A DNA stretch of 64,000 bases from Felis catus (taxonomy: Eukaryota), in the NCBI RefSeq assembly GCF_018350175.1, contig NC_058368.1:65102001-65166000 (forward strand). The letters run 5' to 3'. Below the pieces are notes generated by a model. The model saw nothing but the letters and a program-made list of their open reading frames with translations. It ran no database searches and was not told the DNA's origin. Both the position numbers and the translations under genes were made by a program. Positions 50,868 through 64,000 of the stretch are shown here, one piece after another; position 1 is the first letter of the stretch, and every line of letters begins with the position of its first letter.

Positions 50868-51079
50868 AAATTTTTTTTACATTTATTTATTTTTGAGACA
50901 GAGAGAGACAGAGCACAAGTAGGGGAGGGGCAGAGAGAAAGGGAGACACAGAATCTGAAACAGGCTCCAGGCACTGAGCTGTCAGCACAGAGCCCGACGT
51001 GGGGCTCAAACCCATGAACCAGAGATCGTGACCTGAGCCAAAGTCAGATGCTCAACAGACTGAGCCACTCAGATGCCCC
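50868..51079 (-). mobile_element. CanSINE
   Basis: 18-bp direct repeat cacattattagctttaaa at 50850-50867 and 51080-51097. Confidence 0.97.
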
Positions 51080-51559
51080 CACATTATTAGCTTTAAACAT
51101 TTCCATTTTCCAGTGAATTTTTATATGTTTGTTTAATATTTTCCCACTCTGTGACATTCAAAATATTCCACAGCCTCCAGTGTTTGGTTGACATTGTAGA
51201 ATCCTTCTCTGAACCTTCTCCCCAGATCAAACCACAAAATATCTTAAGTTTCCTCAGTGATATTTTGTTTCTTTTATTGAAACCTGAGAGAATATGAACG
51301 TAACATTTAGGCAATGACTAGAATGGTTATAAAATAAATAATTCAGAAAATAAATATTAAAATCGTTTAAGGTTAAACTCTGTTCTTTTGTGTGATAAAA
51401 CCCTGAAAACAGCCTGAATTATTTTGGATGGTGTCTGACTGCAATAAAAAAAAAAAGAAAAGAAAAAAAGAAAAACACAAAACCCTCAGAAGGTAAAAGG
51501 AAGAGAAATGTGAACTAAAAACAACCAAAGGAAACTATTTTAAAATTCATTACTTCCTT

Positions 51560-51745
51560 GGAGCACCTGGGTGGCTCAGTCAGTGGAGTGTCCGACTCTT
51601 GATTTTGGCTCAAGTCATGATCCCAGTATGGGGGGTTCAAGCCCCACGTTGGGCTCCGTGTTGAGTGTGAAGGCTGCTTGATATTCTCTCTACCCCTCCT
51701 TCACTTGCATGCACACACTCTCTCTTTCAAAAACAATTAATTAAT
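51560..51745 (+). mobile_element. Older CanSINE
   Basis: 'gcacctgggtggctcagtcagt..ccgactcttgattttggctca'. Confidence 0.92.
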
Positions 51746-52719
51746 GAATTACAAGTTTTTCCAACCAGTTTTCTTAGCATTTATTCTTGCTTCAGGAACG
51801 TTATTTTATTGTTTTGATTAAAAACTATGAGCCAACAATTTTTACTGTTTGCCTATTGTAGGCTACATATAGATCTTTCTTACCCAGAAATTGTTTAAAA
51901 GTGATGTGACCTTTACCAGATTTTAAGGATAAAGCTCTTTATTTAATTCCATCTTAAAATGCAGTAAATCATCTCATCACTAGACAAAAAACATGATAAA
52001 AAGCCACTTGTGAAAAAATTATGTTGTTGGTATATCTTAATTGGAAAGCTGTTCCAGAATATAATAATAATGAAATTTACTTTCATTACTGATTTTTGTC
52101 ATCAGAAATGATGTCAATATAATTAGTATAGTTAGTACTATTTATTTTATTTTAGTACCTTATTAGTACTTTATTAGTATGGTTAACTGCTCCTGGTAAA
52201 AATCGACTTGGCCTAATGCTAAATTTCAAGATAAAATATAAGGCAGAACATATGAAGGTATTGAATTTTTAAAATATTTTTAATACTTGGATTGTATTCT
52301 AAAATTTATCTTGGTGTACATTAACATATTAATTGAGAGTAATGGGGTGGTCTACATTAAACCAAGTCTCCTAAGGTATAATAATTTCTGTACTTCTCTT
52401 CACATTTATCTATTCTCTTTCCCCCTTACCTGAAAAGTCTGGAAACAATAATGGCCCTCTAGAGATTCTTTTGTGAGACTGGGAGAGCTTCCCTGACATT
52501 TTATTAAGGCACATGAGTAAAAATTACTAAAGAGGCAAGCTCTACACAAAGGTGACAAATCATTTGGGGACTGGGATCTGTAGCAGTATCTTAAAAAATA
52601 AAAATTGAATACACCCAACAAAACATTTCCATCAAAGCATTTATTTTAATATGCCCCATTCTCTTCAGTTGGGCAAAATATTTTTCAAAGGGTAAGCACT
52701 GCTATCATTTAACAGCAAC

Positions 52720-52925
52720 CATTCATTACTACGTGGCAGGCGGTGTACTGGGAGCTAAATTTACATTATCTCGTTTAGACCCTATGTCAAACCTGAAATG
52801 AAAGGTAGGTATTTTCACCAAAATTTAACATATGACCAAACTAGGCTCAGAAAAATAAAGAACTTGCCCAACCTAAAACTTACCAGAACCCCAGATCATT
52901 ATAATATTCCATTTACTATGAGCAG
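52720..52925 (-). mobile_element. MIR remnant
   Basis: 'tttacattatctcgttta', 'aactaggctcagaaaaataaagaacttgcccaa'. Confidence 0.7.
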
Positions 52926-53697
52926 ACTAACCAAGCTCAATTTTTCTCATATGGTTTTACATAACCTTTGAAACCTAACCAATTTAATTTTTTTCCCACT
53001 AAATTGACTGGGTTTTTTTTCCCCAAAAAATACACCTTTCGTCCCTCTTTTTGTCCAATAAGTATATCATTTGTAAGGGTGATGACAAGAAGCTCATACA
53101 GGGTTTGAGAAAACATTCTTAGGTCTTCCAGGAATTATTGGGATTCTACTTTTGGTGTTTAGGATTGCCAATGTTTACTAATAGTTCATAAGTATCCTCC
53201 AAGTGCTTAGTAAATCTCCTAGAATTCATGTTAGTTTCCACACAGACTATCAGATCATGGATGCCTCAGGGCACCCTAATGGTGTTAGTAGTTACTGGCT
53301 GGAGAGCAAACTTCCAAGATGCTATCAGACAAATGGTTAGTTCTATCCATGGCCTTGAAATAGAATTCTAAAACCCTTGGAAAAAACATTTCTAAACTCT
53401 ATAAATATTTTAAAATTAAAAAGTAATAAACATCTGGAACTTGAATAATTCTTTCTGACAGTTTGATCAGATAAATCACAGAGGGAAAGCTATCATGTAG
53501 TTCAGAGGCAACCTTTAGTATAATCAGGACATTGGTTTTGTATTTTTACTTGATTAGAAGAGAAGTTCAAAATTATACTCAAGGGATTTAGATTTAAATA
53601 GATTCTAAGCAACAAGTGCAAGAAAAGGCTAATATTTTTTAAATAGCAATATTATCATTATGGTATATTCCTTTTTGCTCAGCAATATTATTTTAGA

Positions 53698-53900
53698 TTC
53701 TTTTTAATATTTATTTTTGAGAGAGAGAGAGAGAGAGCATGAGCGGGGGAGGGTCAGCGAGAGAGAGGGAGATACAGAATCAAAGTCAGCTCCAAGCTCC
53801 CAGCTGTCCGCACAGAGCTCAATGCAGGGCTCTGACCCACAGACCACGAGATCATGACCTGAGCCGAAGTCTCACACTTAACCAACTGAGCCACCCAGGT
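53698..53900 (-). mobile_element. CanSINE
   Basis: (GA)n, 'gagatcatgacctgagccgaagtc', 'aactgagccacccagg'. Confidence 0.95.
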
Positions 53901-55048
53901 TCTCAGCAGTCTTGACTATACTAAAAATAGATAAATGCTAGATACAGAGACACTGAGATACACAGACACATACATGATATATTTGTTGGCTCTTGAAAAA
54001 TGAGATATTATATAACTCTGATGAATTCAGAAACTCTTTTAAAATTCTACTTTACATTTCTGAACTAAAGTGACTAAATTGACCAAAGCTTCATGAGATA
54101 CCAAAAATATTTAGCTCATCCAATGAATCATGGCTAATTAAGTTATCTACCAGGAAAAAAAAAATCCACATCTTACATTAAACTCCATGTCTATATTTAA
54201 GGAACTTGAAATAAGATACTCCTCAGGAAGCTTAACAAAAATAAAAACAGTCTTGTCCTCTGTACGAAAATAGGTAGAGGTCAAACTTTTAAAAATATCA
54301 CAGAGACCAGTAAATAATAGGAATATATACCCTAAGTATTTGTTTGAATGTAAAATAGATTGGCAGATAAGAGTGTTATTTAAATTAGGATATTAATCTA
54401 TTAGTTTCAGAGAACTGAGAGGTGAAAAAAATAATAGATGATAGATAGATAACAGATAAGAAAAAATTATCCCTGCTAAAATTTCCAGAAGAATTCATTA
54501 AAAGTAATTTTCAAAGAATAGGAATGAAAAAAGTGGATGCAAATTTTAATTTGTAATGTTGAAGTCCATCAACTAGTCCAAGTACTAGTTAGTATCTTCT
54601 TGACCTATCAGATAATCTGATGTTAAAATTCCAGAAGAAAATACAGAATATCCCACCAGCCTCCCCTGGAGCTGATCTCTACCTTAAACCATGGGAAGTC
54701 TAAGAGATCCAACTGAAACTAGCTTCACTGAAAAATAGAAGTGAAATGAGTCAGTAAGCCCAGATAGTAATGGAACAACCATGAGGCTGGGGCTTTCTAA
54801 TGGGATGCTTATTGATTTTCTTGTTGCTCTCTTAAATTTCCAAAAGAAGATGTTATAAAATAGTATGATAAGAAATAGGAAAATCTCACCTACAGGTTAT
54901 CAAATGTTTTCTATGTCCTTGGGCTTTCCTAGGTATATTATCTAGTCATATTTACCTCATCCAATCCCCACTGTAACTCTGTAAGTTGGATACAATTATC
55001 TCCACTTTACTGTTTAAAAAGATATCCTCAGAGAGTTTCCCAGGTGCA

Positions 55049-55228
55049 AGTGCATTTCAAACTTGTGGGCATATAAAAACTAACTTGGTTAGTTGATAAA
55101 AATCCAGATTCCAGGCTTCTTCTCTTCTGAAGTCTCTAATTCAGTAGCTCTAGGATGGTGATTGAAAATCCATATTTTAAGCCTCTATGGGTGACTTTTT
55201 TGGACGCAGTCAATTTGGGGAACACTAC
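55049..55228. mobile_element. MER5A-like hAT MITE next to a MIR fragment
   Basis: 'tttcaaacttg..cagattccaggc..aattcagtagctctagg..tttggggaacactac'. Confidence 0.65.
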
Positions 55229-55459
55229 TTTCTACTTAGCTGCCTTGTGAGTGAGATGACCAGGTCCTGAGTTTTAGAGACAGTCAAAATAATTTGAGAG
55301 AAAATAATTGTGTATATTTGTCTGTTTTAGAATACAAATTTGTCATCTTATAAAGTGAAAGAAAAAAACACACTTTCTGCTTAATTTCATGTAAATATAA
55401 GACAAAGACACTTTCAGACTTGCGTTAACATGGCAACTATGGCAACGCAGAGATGTCCG

Positions 55460-56220
55460 ACTCATTCATTAAAAATAACTCTGGAGTATCTAGCATCAGC
55501 ACTGTATATATGACACCAATATAAGCATCTGACCTATCAACAGGCTGAATGAAAGGACAGAAAAGGTTCAGAGGAAATGGTTGCTTCCTTCCGGAGACTT
55601 AGAGCATCACATTTAAGGGAGCAAAATAGACACAGATGAAAAATATTAGGTAAAGGTAAAGTTCTTACACCAAGCGTTAATTTTTTAACGTTTATTTATT
55701 TATTTTGAAAGAGAGAGAGAGCAAGCAGGGGAGGGACAGAGAGAGAGGGAGACAGAGAGGGACAGAGAGAGAGGGATCCCAAGCAGGCTCTGCACTGTCA
55801 GCACAGAGGCTGATGCGGGGCTCGAACTCATGAACTGTGAGATCATGACCTGAGTCTAAATGGAGAGTCGGACACTTAACTGACTGAGCCACCCAGGCAC
55901 CCCCACAGAGTATTAAATTTATAACTAGATTATCTGCTTAATGAATGAATTTCAAAAACAATATGAGTTCCTCCCCACAAAGGCAGAAACTGTGATAGGA
56001 GGGCTTCCTAGAGAAGGGAACTGACCTCAGACCTTGAAACACAGGCAGATATGTATGCTGGGACTGGCGAGATCACCCAAAACTACAGAAGGAACACGTG
56101 CCCAGGGCCTAGTGAGGAGACTGACATGGGGGGGAATGAGAGTGTGTTTAATTGGATAGAAATTCTTAATAGTTTTATTCTTAGCTAGGGAGATCTTTGG
56201 AAGAACTATGCAGAATTTCC
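55460..56220 (-). mobile_element. L2 remnant split by a SINE
   Basis: 'ctcattcatt', 'ggagggcttcctagagaaggg..gaccttgaa'. Confidence 0.55.
55681..55903 (-). mobile_element. CanSINE
   Basis: Full antisense SINE with expanded gacagagagagg units. Confidence 0.96.
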
Positions 56221-56513
56221 TTGACCGTGCATATCATCTTAAATTGACCACTCATTCATTCCTTCCTTCACTTAAGCAATCGTCCTTGTATAGATAAACT
56301 CTTAATAGTTTTAATCATTTCATGAAAACTAGTATACAACATTTTTATCTTCTTTAAACTATGTCTCTAGTCATATTTACTTCTTCCCCCACAAAAACAG
56401 TTGGATTTTTTAAGTGATATTAATTTAAAAACAAAAACATTTTTGTCTTCTCAAACAGTTTGTCTAGTATATTATGATTTTGAAGTCTGAATCAAAGGTC
56501 CATAAATTGTAAA

Positions 56514-56724
56514 GGGTGCCTGGGTGGCTCAGTTGGCTAAGCATCCAACTTCAGCTCAGGTCTTGATCTCGTAGTTCTTGAGTTCTAGCCCCGTGTTGAG
56601 CTCTGTGTTGACAGCTCAGGGTCTGGAGCCTGCTTCAGATTCTGTGTCTCCCTTTCTCTCTGCCCCCTTCCCATCTTGCGCTCTGTCTCTCTCTCTCTCT
56701 CAAAAATAAACATTAAAAAAAAAA
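56514..56724 (+). mobile_element. CanSINE
   Basis: TSD ccataaattgtaa (56500-56512) / ccataaactgtaa (56727-56739). Confidence 0.96.
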
Positions 56725-57589
56725 GCCCATAAACTGTAAGACACTAGCCCTTAAAATTCAGAAGCGCAGAAAAATGTAATTGTCTTTACACTGCTTGTTT
56801 TATTTCAAAACAGTGAAGGTAATTTTTAATCACTAATGGAGCCATATTTAGCAGATAAAAGTCTTCCATAATCTGACTCGGATTTATGGTTTCATTTGGC
56901 CTCTTTTACTGAGGGTGCATGGTGGTTAAAGAAAAAAAAAAAAACACCCTTGTTTCCCTCCATGAAGCATGAATGGGCTTTTTAATCCGTCTTTCTTTTG
57001 CTCATAACACTCATCTCCAGGATGACTTCAAATGGTTTTATTTCTTGTTTTAAACTCATGTACTTGAAAATTATTCGTTTCAGGCACAATACAAATTTAG
57101 GCAAGGGCTGATGGTATCTGTGCTGTAATGGATGCCCTCTCAGATTTCTGCAGTATATATCCCTAACAGAGATAAACAGGAAATTTTTTATCAGTGGCAT
57201 TGCTATCAGACCTAAGAGGATCAGAGTATATAATAGTTACTATCTGACAGGCACTAGCTTATCCTTTACAGGAAAAAAAAGGGGGGGGGGCACTAGAAAT
57301 GGTAAATGACTTTTTTCATCACTAACCACCTTCTAAGCACTTGTTTTTCTTACTGCCTTAGACTGAGATTACAAACACGAGAACAATACCACTGACGAAA
57401 TACTCTTTCCTCACACCTCCACACACTACTCTGTGCATTGCTCAAGATGACAAAGGCCAATAGTGAGTTCTCAAGAGCCAAGTGAGAACTGAGAGAAGAG
57501 AAATCGCTTTACGGTGTCAGATAAAGCAGGAGAGACCTTTGGCTCCCTGCGTCAGGTCTCCCAGTTCCGACTCTGACTGCAGCCTTAGC

Positions 57590-58061
57590 TGTGATGGACC
57601 TCACCGCATTAAGTTCCCACTGACAGTGACTCATTTCCAGCACACTCCACATATCTTTCTACTCTGAGCCCGGAGCAGTCTTTATCACTATGGAGTCCTC
57701 TTGCCCGACATGCAAGCACGGCCCAGAAGTACTGGCTTAATATTCCCAGTGGCAACCCCTAACTATTGGGGGACAGGAGCCAGTGGGTAAATGCTCCTGC
57801 CTCCTGTCCTTGAGGTTGGCAATTCTGGACATACAGGTAGACATTCTGTCTATTTCTCAGTACAACCTGGTGGAACCAAGCAAATGCTGCACAGGCTAAA
57901 GCGGCTACCTGATTATACACCTACCGGCTAACCTTCCATACCTCCCTGTCCCATCTTGCCTGCTCCTTTACTCCTGTTCCCTGGATTGTCCCCAGCCTAA
58001 ACTGTTTATGCCCAGGTTGTTGTCGTGGGCTCTTGCTTTCAAGGGAACACAAACTAAGACA
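57590..58061 (+). mobile_element. LTR16-like ERVL solo LTR
   Basis: TG...CA ends; 'ggggacaggagccagtgggtaaatgctcctgcctcctgtcctt'; terminal 'gggaacacaaactaagaca'. Confidence 0.85.
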
Positions 58062-58096
58062 GGTAACTTTGTTTACTACCTGCTAGTGCTTTCGAA

Positions 58097-58309
58097 CAGG
58101 GATCCACAAATGTTTTCTCTAGAATCGTAGACTGTAAATGCTTGTAATTCATATAGTCTTTGTTGCTGCTACTAAATTCTGCGATTTTGAGTGAAGATAG
58201 CCACTGACTGCTCATAATGAATGGGCATGACTGCATTCCAATAAAACTTTATTTACAAAGCTAGTGGTGGGGTGGATTTGGCCTATGAGCCATGGATTAC
58301 TGACCCCTG
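58097..58309. mobile_element. MER58A-like hAT MITE
   Basis: Ends caggg...gacccctg; 'gaatgggcatgactgcattccaataaaactttatttacaaa'. Confidence 0.9.
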
Positions 58310-58384
58310 TGAATCTCCTAGATTCTTTTTGTAATGCATTAGAATATGCTTAGATATTCCTGAGCTTAGGTATCCCAATGATAA

Positions 58385-58950
58385 TAATTAATAAGGTTAA
58401 TAATTATCTTTCATGAAAAGTATTATGTACATGGCACTATTCCTAGCAGGTGTTTTACATGCATTATAGTGTTTTATTCCCAACATTTTTATTTCATTTA
58501 TGAAGAAACTGAGTCTCAGAAGAGCTATGCTAGTCATTCCTACTGTTCATCAAGCAGTTTTCTACCTTCTGAACACATGATTGGATTATAATTCCTGGTC
58601 CTTTTTCTAGTGGGATAAGGCCATCTAATTATTTCTAGGCAATGTGTTTTAAGATTTAATGTCAAATGATCCTCCAAAGCTCTTTTTCCCTTTGTAACAA
58701 CTATTGACAAGTTCCAGATAGTGAGTCTCAGCTTGAGGACAATATGGGGCAGCACTCAGTGAACATGTAATATAAGGGGCAAATACCTCTGAGACTTCAG
58801 AAGTTATTTGTTACCATTTCATAATAAGTTAACCATCTTGACTAATACAGAAAGTAAGTAACTTGACCACTGACTGTAAGTGACATAAACAAAATCTGAA
58901 TATAGGTCTTCAGACTCCAGGGTTTGATCTGTTCCCGCTATACCTCCCTC
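58385..58950 (-). mobile_element. MIR split by a plus-strand MLT1-like LTR (~58530-58849)
   Basis: MIR core 'tgaagaaactgagtctcaga' resumes as 'aagtaacttgacc' after the LTR end 'ttgactaataca'. Confidence 0.7.
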
Positions 58951-59086
58951 ACTATGTGTAAGTCTTTTCTTGTACATAAAAAATCACGTCAAGGCAATTA
59001 CTCCTCGACAAAAGATCTCACCCAAAGACCAAAGAATTCCTCTCTTAGCTGTGTTGAAAACATAAAAAAAAAAGGAAGAAGAAGTA

Positions 59087-59088
<2 letters not shown>

Positions 59089-59138
<50 letters not shown>
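59089..59138. repeat. (GAAA)n tetranucleotide microsatellite
   Basis: About 12 units. Confidence 0.97.
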
Positions 59139-59139
<1 letters not shown>

Positions 59140-59254
59140 GCTGGAGAAGGATGAGCAAAACAAACAGATTCCAGAAAAATTGACAAGTATATTAAATTTA
59201 CATTCCATGCCCTTCCATCTTTTTCCCACTCTTACCCATACTTCCTATAGAAGA

Positions 59255-59741
59255 AACATTCTGGGACATCTGTCCAGTCTTATGATTGACTTTTGTCTGG
59301 TCACTATTCCCCATTTCTCTCCTATGGGAATGGGTACTTCCTACTATGTGATCAGACTGTTTCTAATTGACCATGGATGCACCCCTGATCCGACACAGGA
59401 CAATAGGCTGGTCTTCCAGGGAAACTGGAATTGGGGCTGATCCCCTGAAGCCAGTTTTTCTTTCACATGAAGCATTCTGAGATTCTGGAGTAGCAGGCTT
59501 CACCCTGCCACCCAAGCTAAGGTCTTCAGAGAGACAAGCAGACATGCAGAAAGGTGACAGAAAAGGCAAAGAGACAAAGCCCTCCCAGCATTTAAAGTAT
59601 CACTTCAGGCCCAGCTGCGTGCCTGATGGATGCTACGGTTAATGAGACGTTCCTCAAGTCTGGTAATAAACTCTTTCGGTTTGCTTAAACTACATGACAC
59701 TTTTTTCAATGATTTGCAATCAAAGAGACCTAAAAAATACA
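59255..59741 (+). mobile_element. MLT1K/L-like MaLR LTR
   Basis: 'aataaactctttcggtttgcttaaac...ttgcaatcaaagagacctaaaaaataca'. Confidence 0.7.
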
Positions 59742-62082
59742 ACTCTTAATTCATGAGTACTTTTTCACAACTGCTCAAAAATTTAATCTTAATGGTTGTG
59801 ATTAAGATAATTCTTATCTTCTAGTAAAAATAATTACTCTCAATGGCTACCTGAAAAAGACTTTAATAAAATAATTCAGTCTTGGGTATTTTATGGGAGA
59901 ACCATTACAATCTAATTGCAGAAACTGAGGATATGCTGACCTATTTTAATCAATTACCTTTCCAATACTCTTTAGGTCATCCTCACCCCCTTTCTCGCAT
60001 CAGACTAATCCTAACTAAGTAGATATTTTCCAACCTTTCAAAACATTTTCTCAAAATGGGTCAGAATATACATATATCATAATGTAAACAGAAATACTGA
60101 ATGAAAGTTTGAGTTTTCGTACCACAACTTATTGCCTATTAATTAGAAAAATAGGAAGAGAATAATTAATTTAGTGTCTTGGTTTTCAAGACGTGGCCAG
60201 TTCTCTTGGATTAATCTTTCTAAAACTATACCCAACTCACAAAATACTCCTGCCTCTCTCAAAGTAGGAAAGATAAATTATTTAAATTAAATATCTCATT
60301 TTTTTCCTCATGGAAGGAAGTATGTTATTTTCCATAGTAATGTCAGTAGCAAGTAACACGATTCTATAAATGTATAGACTAGCTCACTTGGCATCACTTG
60401 CTATATAAATAGAAGAAAAAATGTTTCATTTTAAAAAGGAAAGAGATAAACAGCCATTTCAGGAATAAATCATTTAATCCTTTGACTAAAACCGGAAACA
60501 TAAAATAAATATATTATGTGGTCTGCATCAAAATTTCTTGAAATTCAGGAGGCTAAACTGAATTAATATTATATGTTGCCTCAGGAATTGCAGCTGGCTG
60601 CCTCGGGAAATATATAGATATATAGCTATATATCACCTAAACTGTGATATAAAATAAAATTTGAGAAAATCAGACATTGTTTATTGCCTAAATATTTATA
60701 GTGTGGAGAATTTTAGCATCGATAACTTTTTTTTTAGAAACGTTGAGGTTTATTTAGGTTTAGTTTGTTCTAAAATGGTTGAAATTACAAAACTAATTAT
60801 AATTTCATATTTCTGGTCCTTTATTGAATCAAATGCTATTGTTTTTATTCTTACCATTTTATGCTGTTTTTTATACTGTTTTTTTTTATTTTTTAATTTA
60901 GTCCATATACTATTTGGAAAAAATATTTTGAATAGAGATTTTCTACAGAGATTTTATTCAAATAATACAAATTTTATATTAACATGTAATCTCATTACAA
61001 GAATGTTTGTTCATATTGTAAAAATCATGAGTGATTTAAGCTATCCTCAAATAGTGGAATATTCATAATAAGGCACATCTTGATGTTTTAATGTTTAATA
61101 TTCAGCAGGAATTAACTTCATATTATTACAAATGATAAAAAAATGACACTGTATTACAGAACTAGAATTTCTAATTTATAAACTCATTTTTATATTCACA
61201 CTTTGGAGAAAATTGTGGACACATTAAACTGCTTACATAAGCTTTTTAAAGAAGTAACTACAAAATGGAAAGTAAAATTTGCAGTGCCATTTGGCTGGCT
61301 AATTTATCTAAAATACGATAACTGTAAAACCAGGTAGAAGGTCATAATTATAATTTTTCTCAGTGAAATCTGCAATAGATCTCTCCACATTTAGGGAATT
61401 CAGCATTTTTGCCCATTCTTATAAGTTTAAAAAAAAGTATCAAAGCAAGACAAACTACATTTGCAATTTCTTAATAAGACCGTGTGTTAGACACAGGTAT
61501 AGTGATAAGTCTTACCATTTCAAGGAGGATAAGAAATAATTTCTTTTTCACCCTAAACATCCAAAAGAGTGGTCCTATTAATTCAAGCTCTCTTACCCTT
61601 CCAAAGGAAATCATCTAAAATTTTATGTGGCCATTTAAATGATTGCTTTGGGAAATTTATATGGTAGTCATGGGAACAAGTAAAGAAGTCAAGGCAACGT
61701 TGATCATTTTAATAGTGTGCAAGTGATCCATCCAATTTGTAAATACCTTGGACCACTCTTCTAGGTCATGAGTGATCAGAAAAGACATTAATGCAAAATT
61801 AATGAAATAAAATACAAGCTCATTAATTTAAGCTAAAATGCTTTAAGTTTTCTAATTGGTCAGATTCATCATAAATACCTTATCTGAGCTTTTGAAAAAA
61901 AACAAAATATACCTTATTTAAAGGGTTACTACATACTTTTTTTTAAAAAAAGATATGTTTTCTCTTTGATAATTGAGAGATAATTTCTCTCCTTTAACAT
62001 CCTGAGTATTTCCATGAAGAGTTCTTCCCTGCAAAATCTACTTCTGTGGTTTCATCAACATGTGTCTGCATTTAACTAGTGA

Positions 62083-62645
62083 TGTCAGTATGGTGCTCGT
62101 GGATCTTGAGAGCAGCCATGTTGGAGGTAAACTGCACCAAGCACAGACAGGGCAAACCTAAGACCTGGAACCAGAACTACTCCTCCAACCCCCCAACACT
62201 GGCAGGAATATGAGGTATGTGACAGGAGAACTAACCATGTTGTAGATGCTGGAAAGAGACTCATCCTACAGACAGGACAAGACATATTGATGCTATCTGG
62301 GAAATAAATATTATAAACAGTGATAGTTCTGGAAAACAGTTTGAGTAAAAGGTGATCCTACATGCAGGATGTCCTGCGATTCTCGAAAAGAGTGACGGGG
62401 AAAAGTTGCCACGTATCTTCAGATTCCAAGGCAAGCAGGCAGAAGGGACCAAAGAGGTCTGAGAGCAAGTAACAGAACCCCAGTTTCAATGTGGGGGTTT
62501 GGAGACTAATCTCTGAAGGGGGATGAGGAGGACCCCAGTTATAGAGGGATCAGAGGATCAAACAGATTACACAAATGCCGTAAGACAGAGTCAGGGGGAC
62601 AAAGTAGAGCCCTAGGTACCAGAATGAGAAACTTGGTCAGTGTGC
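62083..62645. mobile_element. Probable ancient LTR (possibly LTR78/79-like)
   Basis: Begins tgtcagtatggtgctcgtggatct; purine-rich, GC-elevated block; family from vague recollection only. Confidence 0.35.
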
Positions 62646-64000
62646 TAAATAATTGATCGGTTGTTTATGATTAAGTTATGATAACTAAAGTAAAAATCTA
62701 GGCAGAACACCATATCAAGTAATTTTTCCTTGGAACTGAGGCGAGTCTGAGCCTGAGGCTGCAGGTCAAACAGCCCACCCCCTTGGCAAGAAGCCTCCAG
62801 AGAGATGAGCAGACAGAGCAGGATGCGGACATGCAGAAGTTTCCATGTGGCTGCTTCATCTTTTACCCACATTAAAACTCAAGCCGAATGCCTCACAAGT
62901 GTCATAAAGAAGACACCTACATTCTGGTTTTGAGAGGATTAAATGCAATGGGTGTAATTAAAACCCCTCACCCAAAGCAGTGGCACAGTAATGCTCATAC
63001 CACTCTCTTTTTTTTGTTTGTGGCCCAGATTTTCCAGACCTCTCCCACACCTACTGCCCTCAAGTCTGATTTCTATTTATGCTCTATTTCACCCAGTTTG
63101 TACCCGAACCAATCCAGTATCACTTTCCATTTGAAATAAGAGAAGCTCTATCTACCTCTATTAAAAAAATTCACAGTCATACATGTAGAACAAACATGTG
63201 TGTATCTTTTGGAGATATATCAAGGCACAAAAGACCTAGAATCCAGTACACTTTCCTTTTATGCATTACAACGCTCCTCAGAATCTGGCCACAGGAAGGC
63301 TGAGGGGTGAAGAGGCCTCGTGATGCAGAACCCTCACTGGCCATGTTGCAGCTCTCCCTCATCACCTTCCTAGGAAGAGGTGGCCATGGTGGAAGCATTC
63401 TCAGTAATCTCCTGCTCCGTATGTTCAGCTTACATGGTTACTTACGGATTTAGCAGCGCTGAGCTATTTGGGTGGTGTGGTAAGTGGTAGCATAAAGTCC
63501 AGAAGATGTCAGCTCCTGGGGTTTGCAGCAGGGGTGTCGGTAAACCCACTGGAGGCCCAGCTTGAGGAGGACTGACAAGGGCAACTCTACCCCTTGAAGA
63601 TGTACCTTCCATGTGGTGCTGGTGAGTGAGACAGAGATATTTCTTCTTAACTACAACAATTTTAAGCTATAATTTAAGCGCTGACTCTCTGGTACTAGCC
63701 CGATTTCAGATTCCCAGGATTGTTTACACCTGTAGCCCAGAGAATTCCCCCCCCCCCACCCTTCTACCTCACACCAAAGCCATATCAATTCCATTTACAG
63801 AAAAGCCTAAATATATAAAGGATAGGAAAAATGAAGGGTAGCTTCTCAGCTACTTATTTCTTTCCCAACAATTCTCTGTGATACTTAAAAAAAAAAAAAC
63901 TAACACAATATTTTTCATTAATTCCGATCTAGATATGGAATCCATTTCTCCACCATTGGAATACATTATAGCAGAGGAGTGTTAGGGCTTGCTCTTTCTT

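Noticed and set aside
12336..53135. Several TTCCAGGAA STAT-type sites suggesting a STAT5-regulated locus
   Set aside because: A handful of such sites is about what chance predicts in 64 kb of this composition; cannot identify the locus
60617..60634. Perfect 18-bp palindrome gatatatagctatatatc
   Set aside because: Built from TA dinucleotides; expected from low-complexity sequence
60661..61068. 135-aa hydrophobic ORF, the longest in the track
   Set aside because: TTG start, T-rich low-complexity composition, no recognisable homology

Overview
AT-rich, CpG-depleted mammalian DNA from a carnivore, most likely a felid (SINEC_Fc-type CanSINEs, felid-type L1 3' ends). I recognise no protein-coding gene, exon, rRNA or functional tRNA, so the window reads as intergenic or deep intronic. 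Much of it is transposable-element debris: 19 CanSINEs (many with visible TSDs), young carnivore/felid L1 3' ends, large ancient L1M/HAL1 remnants, L2, MIR, several solo LTRs, hAT/Tigger MITEs and microsatellites. Every supplied ORF that I can place is a repeat or low-complexity artefact or an L1 ORF2 fragment; the rest resemble nothing I know. I found no convincing novel biological system. The best observations are: a twin-primed (5'-inverted) L1 with an extra in-frame internal deletion; a second L1 22 kb away whose 5' end falls at almost the same L1 coordinate, behind a CpG-rich filler; a SINE nested in an L1 tail; and several motif-based candidate regulatory elements. Repeat family names come from recalled consensus similarity, not a database search, and boundaries of old repeats are approximate.
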